Source: Eledone cirrhosa
Taxonomy: Eukaryota
Assembly: GCA_964016885.1 (NCBI GenBank)
Contig: OZ024754.1
Location: 22,940,001 to 23,004,000, forward strand
DNA length: 64,000 nt
Direction: 5' to 3'
Every line of letters starts with the position of its first letter. The stretch's first letter is position 1. The notes under the pieces were generated by a model, which worked only from the letters and a program-made list of their open reading frames with translations, did not search any database and had not been told where the DNA came from. Made by a program: the position numbers and the translations under genes. Shown piece by piece: positions 57,785-64,000 of this stretch.

Positions 57785-58416
57785 GTATATATATATATAT
57801 GTATATATATATGTATATATATCTATATGTATATATATATATGTAAATATATATATATGTATATATACTATATTATATTTTGAGAATAAACTCTCAGTCG
57901 TTTACAATAAATCAGCTCCAAGAAAAGGGGCATTTCCGAGCAGTTAAATAGATTAAAATATATGATAAACACAAAACGTGTTTGCATTGCAACAGACAAA
58001 GTTAGCTATTAATGAAATAAACTAATTAAAGTGAATACAATTTGTCTGTCTCGATATAAGTCAATAAAGACAAGCTTATATTGGCAAAGGCCATGGTTCC
58101 TGGACAAATTTAAATTTCAAAATCCAAACCTGCTCCGTAGACGAATTTGAACCTCGAAACCTAAATATGTTTCGCAACGGTGGTACGTGAATTGAAAAAT
58201 AAAGAGAATCGAAATGGAATTGAAATAAAAAGTGAAATATCCAAATCTTCTGTGCTTATCAACAGGAACCCAGTAAAATTAGTATATTCCACATCCAAAA
58301 TTTAGCAGGTCTGACTACACGTCTGCAGCCAGGCCAAATTAGCCGTCCCGTAATCCCGGTGCTAGAAATAACAGCCGTTTATGCGGGATTAAAGATCAGC
58401 TCTACAGTTAAGGAGA

Positions 58417-58521
<105 letters not shown>

Positions 58522-58539
58522 CACATAATGAATAAACAA

Positions 58540-58683
58540 TATTTAACGATCGTTTCTAGGATATATATGTGTTAGAGTTGGCATGCATATTCAACAGATC
58601 TATGTACAAAATTATACAAAATTATACAAACTATCAAGATTAAATATACATATCAACACATATATACGCCGTCTTCAGAAATA
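58540..58683 (-). ncRNA. Type-I hammerhead with long stem II
   Basis: TATTT-CTGAAGA-CGGC GTATATATGTGTTG...TAACACATATATAT CCTA-GAAA-CGATCG-TT-AAATA; a 3'-half copy is at ~52135-52175(+). Confidence 0.72.
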
Positions 58684-59329
58684 ATGAAATATATTTATTG
58701 ATAATAACAACAATTCAAACTTTCAGGTCCGTTTGGGAACCAAATTGACCAATGAAAATACAAAAGGTTTAATGCAGTTCGGTGTGTGTATATACATGTA
58801 ACAAACCTTACACATATTTTACAAAAATGTATGCAGAACCTGTATACGCATACAAAAAGGATGGATGCAAATACAAAATTTCAAGGTTAATGTCTCAGTA
58901 AGTTTATAATGCACAGATAAGATGCGTATAGATACATAAATATGAAATAAGTGTATACACATATTTTCATACTAACACATATCAGTACAATCACACATAC
59001 ACGCGCGTATATGCATAGACATACACATAAACTACGAACATACATCCACACACACATCCCCACTCACATATATATATGTGGATATAAAATCCTAAGCACA
59101 TGGATATTAATTCACTCACATAAACACTGGCACACACATTTAGATAAAGATACAGAAATTAGGTGGGAGGGGGGGGAGAGGTCAGTATTCAACGGTTTGG
59201 GCTGACTGCTTAATATAGATGTATCTATAAGCTAAGAAAATAAAAAATAAAAAATAATAAATAATAAATAAACATTAAAAAGGAAAGAAAAGAAAAAGAA
59301 AAAAGAAAAAAGAAAAAAGAAATATATCA

Positions 59330-59331
59330 AG

Positions 59332-59415
<84 letters not shown>

Positions 59416-59579
59416 CACATACACACACACACACATATATATACATACACATATACAAACACATACATACATATACACACATCCATACTTAGAACATACA
59501 TACACACACATATATAAACATATACATATACACACATACATACATATACACACATACATATAAATACACATATATATAT

Positions 59580-59628
<49 letters not shown>

Positions 59629-59953
59629 CACTCATACATACACATATAATCACACATACTATATAGACACACATATATATACACACATACACACACATAT
59701 ACATACACTTACATACATATATACATACAGATATACACATACATACCTATATATACACACAAATACATACAGACATATAAACATACATACAGACAAATAC
59801 TTACGCATCTATATATCGGTATATACATACAAACACCACTACACTCTCACACAACTCAGACATACAAAGAAAAAGGTATATACCCATACACATATACATA
59901 TACAAATAGAGAAACATATACATATATATATATATATATATACACATATATAT

Positions 59954-60002
<49 letters not shown>

Positions 60003-60234
60003 CAGACATACACATATACACATACATACACATACATACATGTACACACACATAGATATACATATACACACACATACACACATACACATACATATATAGT
60101 CATACACACACATACACCTACACGAACATACACATACACATATACAAAGATATATATACACACACACACACACATACACACACACACACACATACACACA
60201 CACACATATATATAAAAAAAAAATAATAAAATAA

Positions 60235-60283
<49 letters not shown>

Positions 60284-60616
60284 CACATACATACACACAT
60301 ACATAGACATATATGTACATACATACATATACATAGATAGATACACACACATACATATATATATATATACACACATAGACATATACATACATACACACAC
60401 AACATACATACACACATATATACTCATACATATAATTAGATATATAATCATACATACATACGCACTTACATATACTCATATATACACATACAAACGCATC
60501 CATATATGCGTATATACATAGAAACACCACTACACCCTCACCCAACTCAGACATACAAAGAAAAAGGCATATACATATACATATATACACGCATTAATAG
60601 AGATATATATACACAC

Positions 60617-60648
<32 letters not shown>

Positions 60649-60888
60649 ACTTATATACATATACCCACACACACATACAACCATAAATACACATACAAAC
60701 ACCCACATATATATATATATATACACATATATATATATATACACACACATAAAAAACAGACATGCACATATATATATTTTTTTACACATATATATACACA
60801 TATATATACATATACACACCCTCACATATACACATACACATAAGTTATATTATAATAATAAATAATATATATATATATACACACATAC

Positions 60889-60919
<31 letters not shown>

Positions 60920-61221
60920 TATATATATATATATATACACACATACGAATATAGACATATATACACACATAGATATATATACACATATATACATACACAT
61001 ACATATACACACACACACACATACACATTCACATATATATATATATATGTGTGTGCACACACACATATATATATACATACATACATATACACATAAACAC
61101 ATATATGTGTATACATGCACACACACACATATATCCACATAGATACGAAGATAGACGTATAAATAGAGAGACATACATATATATACACACACACATATAC
61201 ATACATACATACACACACACA

Positions 61222-61291
<70 letters not shown>

Positions 61292-61480
61292 CAGACATAC
61301 ACATACACACACATATACACATGCATATATACACACATACACATACATACACACATATATATATACACACACAATCATACATTCTTATTTGCATGCGCAT
61401 ATATGTATTTTTATATTCAGATATAAATACCCAAATATATATACACACACCTACCTATATATATATTCATACATACACGC
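59330..61480. repeat. Compound (TA)n/(CA)n/(TACA)n microsatellite field; similar (TA)n/(TATATG)n fields at 40420-41700, 42440-42830, 43895-44755, 45107-45535, 45830-46345, 51610-52635, 56663-57860
   Basis: Direct inspection; source of the spurious YI/MY-rich ORFs. Confidence 0.95.
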
Positions 61481-62621
61481 TTACAAACACAGATGATAAT
61501 AGTATGGGGGAAAGGGGGGGGGTTAGAGAAGGGGAATATAGTAAATATATGTTTCAAGAAACATAGAATATTATCCGTATCTATATCCAATGTATGTTTT
61601 TACATAGTATCAGTGTTAGGAAATACAATAAACCAGAAATAAGGCAAAATTTATGCATTTCAAAATAAACAAGTATACCATTAATTATATGTTAACTAAA
61701 CTAAAGATAGTTAACATATTGATTTCTAAGGTGTAAATTAGTTAGGTTTATAATATTTGAAGCAGAATTTTGAAGTTAAATAGTAGTAGAGTATTAATTG
61801 TAGTATAACTAAATTAAAGTTAATAACTTTATGGTATCAATATTAGGAAATGAATTTAGTAATAGGGAAAAAACAAATAAAGTATTACATCGGTAGTAGA
61901 ATATAAAATGTGGGTTAATTAAATTAAAAATTATATATTTATTTCTATAGTATATGTTAATTAGGTATATAATAAATAAAACAGATATTGTATTTTATCA
62001 ATAGCAGAATATAATTATATGCAAATAGAAATCAAAATTAATACATATACATATACATATACATACACATATATATATACACATATATATACATATATAT
62101 ATACATATATACACATATACATACGCACACACATACACATACACATATACATATACATATTTTTTCAAAAATTGCAAAGAATATATTAACTAGGTATAAA
62201 TCCAAAACACATCCCATTCTATGATTAGATGACATTCTGCAATTCGTCTGTATAAGGATATTAATTTTAAGCCAATTAAATTAAATTTTTAGGTTGATTA
62301 AAATTAAAATTAAAACCAAATTATAAATATATTTCTAAAATGTATATTAATTAGGTCTATAATACTAAAAATTATTTCTCTGTCATTGGATACACGATAT
62401 TTTGTTATATTTTATCTGTAAAAGAATTATAATAAAAGGTTTAAATAAATTAAAATTAATCTATAAATTAAATTACTAAGTATATATTAGTAATGTTTAA
62501 AGGTTTTTCACAATTTATGATTACATAATATTTTATATTCTCATCTGTAATAGAATTTTAATTAAATTAAATTTATAGGTTAACTAACATTTAAATTAAA
62601 TTAATTTCTAAAATAATGTTA

Positions 62622-63998
62622 TTAATTAGGTTTATAATATTTAAATGTTTTTTTTAGTTTATGATTACACGATATAATTAATTCCTGTCGTTTATTTAAT
62701 AGGATATCCTTAGATTTCATTATTTCAAATAGTTCTTGGGAACATAATCTACATTCATTTCTATTATTTTGATAAGGGGTGGCTCTTTTGAGCACACTCC
62801 AGGTCAAATCATATTCTATATTCTTATTTTTATAACTATTGATTTTTTCTGCTAGAGATGTTGTATTAGCCAGTGCGGCATTTTTAAAACTATGCTTGTG
62901 GGTATTAAACCTTGTCTTAAAATTGTTAGAGGTAGCTCCTATATATGAGCAAATAGAATCTTTAGTTTTAACATTACATTTATAGACTATGTTGTTAACA
63001 AGACAATTCCCTTTTAATGGGCAGTTTGCTTTGTTTCTACAGTTACAACCTTTCGTTAATTCTGTATTTGAGGAGATATTATGGTTAATTTGATGTACTG
63101 GTGGTATACTTATGGTTTTCTTACATTTATATGCATTATAGGCACTTATATTTTGTTTTATGTTATTTGTTGTAGAGTATGAGAATTTAACTGTAGACCT
63201 ATTTAAGATTTGATGGTATTTGTGGTTTGGCGGGAAGTTTTTCTCTAGGATATAAAAAATTTTTTTAGCAATATTATCCTTAATTTGTAAATTAAATGGA
63301 GCATTATACCAAGTAACCCGTCTATTACGGTTTCTATGTTGTTTATTATTTTTATTATTTTTATAGGTTGTATCGTGATTTTTACTAGGAGGATTAATGT
63401 TAATGATCTCACCACAACCATTTTTAGTTATATTTGTAGATTTAGGTGTTTTATCCTTTTTATTAGGAATTTTATTATTAATATTTATTAGAGTTGTATG
63501 ATAAGTAGTTTTTTGAGAGTTACTATACTTTATATTAGAAGATTTGGTATTTTGGGGTATAGTGTGGGTGGCATTTAGGTGTGTACTTTTCATTTGGTGT
63601 TTGTTGGTAATATTAGGTTGTATGCTTTCAGTATTTTTAGTAGAAGGTATATATTCTAATCTATTTTTGTGGCCACTTCTATCTAGAGCTTCGTTATAGA
63701 AGGTCGCATTTTTATCAAATACATCTTGGTTAGAAGAAAGGTTAGAAATTCTAAGTGATATATTATATGCAAGGTTTTTAAGGATAGATTTAGGGTGATT
63801 AGATTGTGAGTGTATGTAATGTAAGTTTTGGTTTGGTTTATGGTAAGGTTGGTAGATACCCGTAGCTAAATCTAAAGTTATATCTAGGAAATTTACTACT
63901 TTACTTGTTTTTTCAAAAGTAATATTAAGATTATAATAGTCTTTAAGGAAAGTTCTAATATGTTTTTTGTTTTTTTCAATTTCTGAAAGGCTAAGGTT
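62622..63998 (-). CDS. Penelope-like (Naiad-type) RT C-terminus + GIY-YIG endonuclease; frame open to the window edge
   Basis: Manual translation upstream of the track ORF is stop-free: VNFLDITLDLATGIYQPYHKPN..YIHSQSNHPKSILKN..RISNLSSNQDVF..YNEAL. It continues into WYNAPF, CNCRNKANCPLKGNCL, IVY..YIGAT..FKTRFNTH, CRLCSQE, SCNH. Confidence 0.9.
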   Translation of the reverse strand, partial: NLSLSEIEKNKKHIRTFLKDYYNLNITFEKTSKVVNFLDITLDLATGIYQPYHKPNQNLHYIHSQSNHPKSILKNLAYNISLRISNLSSNQDVFDKNATFYNEALDRSGHKNRLEYIPSTKNTESIQPNITNKHQMKSTHLNATHTIPQNTKSSNIKYSNSQKTTYHTTLININNKIPNKKDKTPKSTNITKNGCGEIININPPSKNHDTTYKNNKNNKQHRNRNRRVTWYNAPFNLQIKDNIAKKIFYILEKNFPPNHKYHQILNRSTVKFSYSTTNNIKQNISAYNAYKCKKTISIPPVHQINHNISSNTELTKGCNCRNKANCPLKGNCLVNNIVYKCNVKTKDSICSYIGATSNNFKTRFNTHKHSFKNAALANTTSLAEKINSYKNKNIEYDLTWSVLKRATPYQNNRNECRLCSQELFEIMKSKDILLNKRQELIISCNHKLKKTFKYYKPN

Positions 63999-64000
63999 GT

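Overview
Eukaryotic, AT-rich, repeat-dominated DNA. The SINE types and (TA)n/(CA)n content suggest an octopus or other coleoid cephalopod, but this is inference. Bases 1-11890 are a 52/46-bp satellite with a 3765-bp higher-order repeat. It sits in an intron just upstream of the last three coding exons of a TPRA1/GPR175 homolog (11957-14611, +). The rest is transposon debris in microsatellites: Penelope-like (Naiad-type RT + GIY-YIG) elements, one CR1/L2-group LINE, one nearly intact RTE LINE, a composite Helitron, tRNA-derived SINEs, a mariner fragment and a piggyBac-like MITE. The main unexplained structure is about 25 minimal type-I hammerhead ribozyme motifs of roughly nine sequence families, about 15 with intact cores. 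They include a U3-A8 compensatory variant and a circularly permuted 468-bp retrozyme-like monomer, and many lie in head-to-head inverted duplications flanked by (TA)n. All ribozyme calls are by-eye folds and have not been tested.
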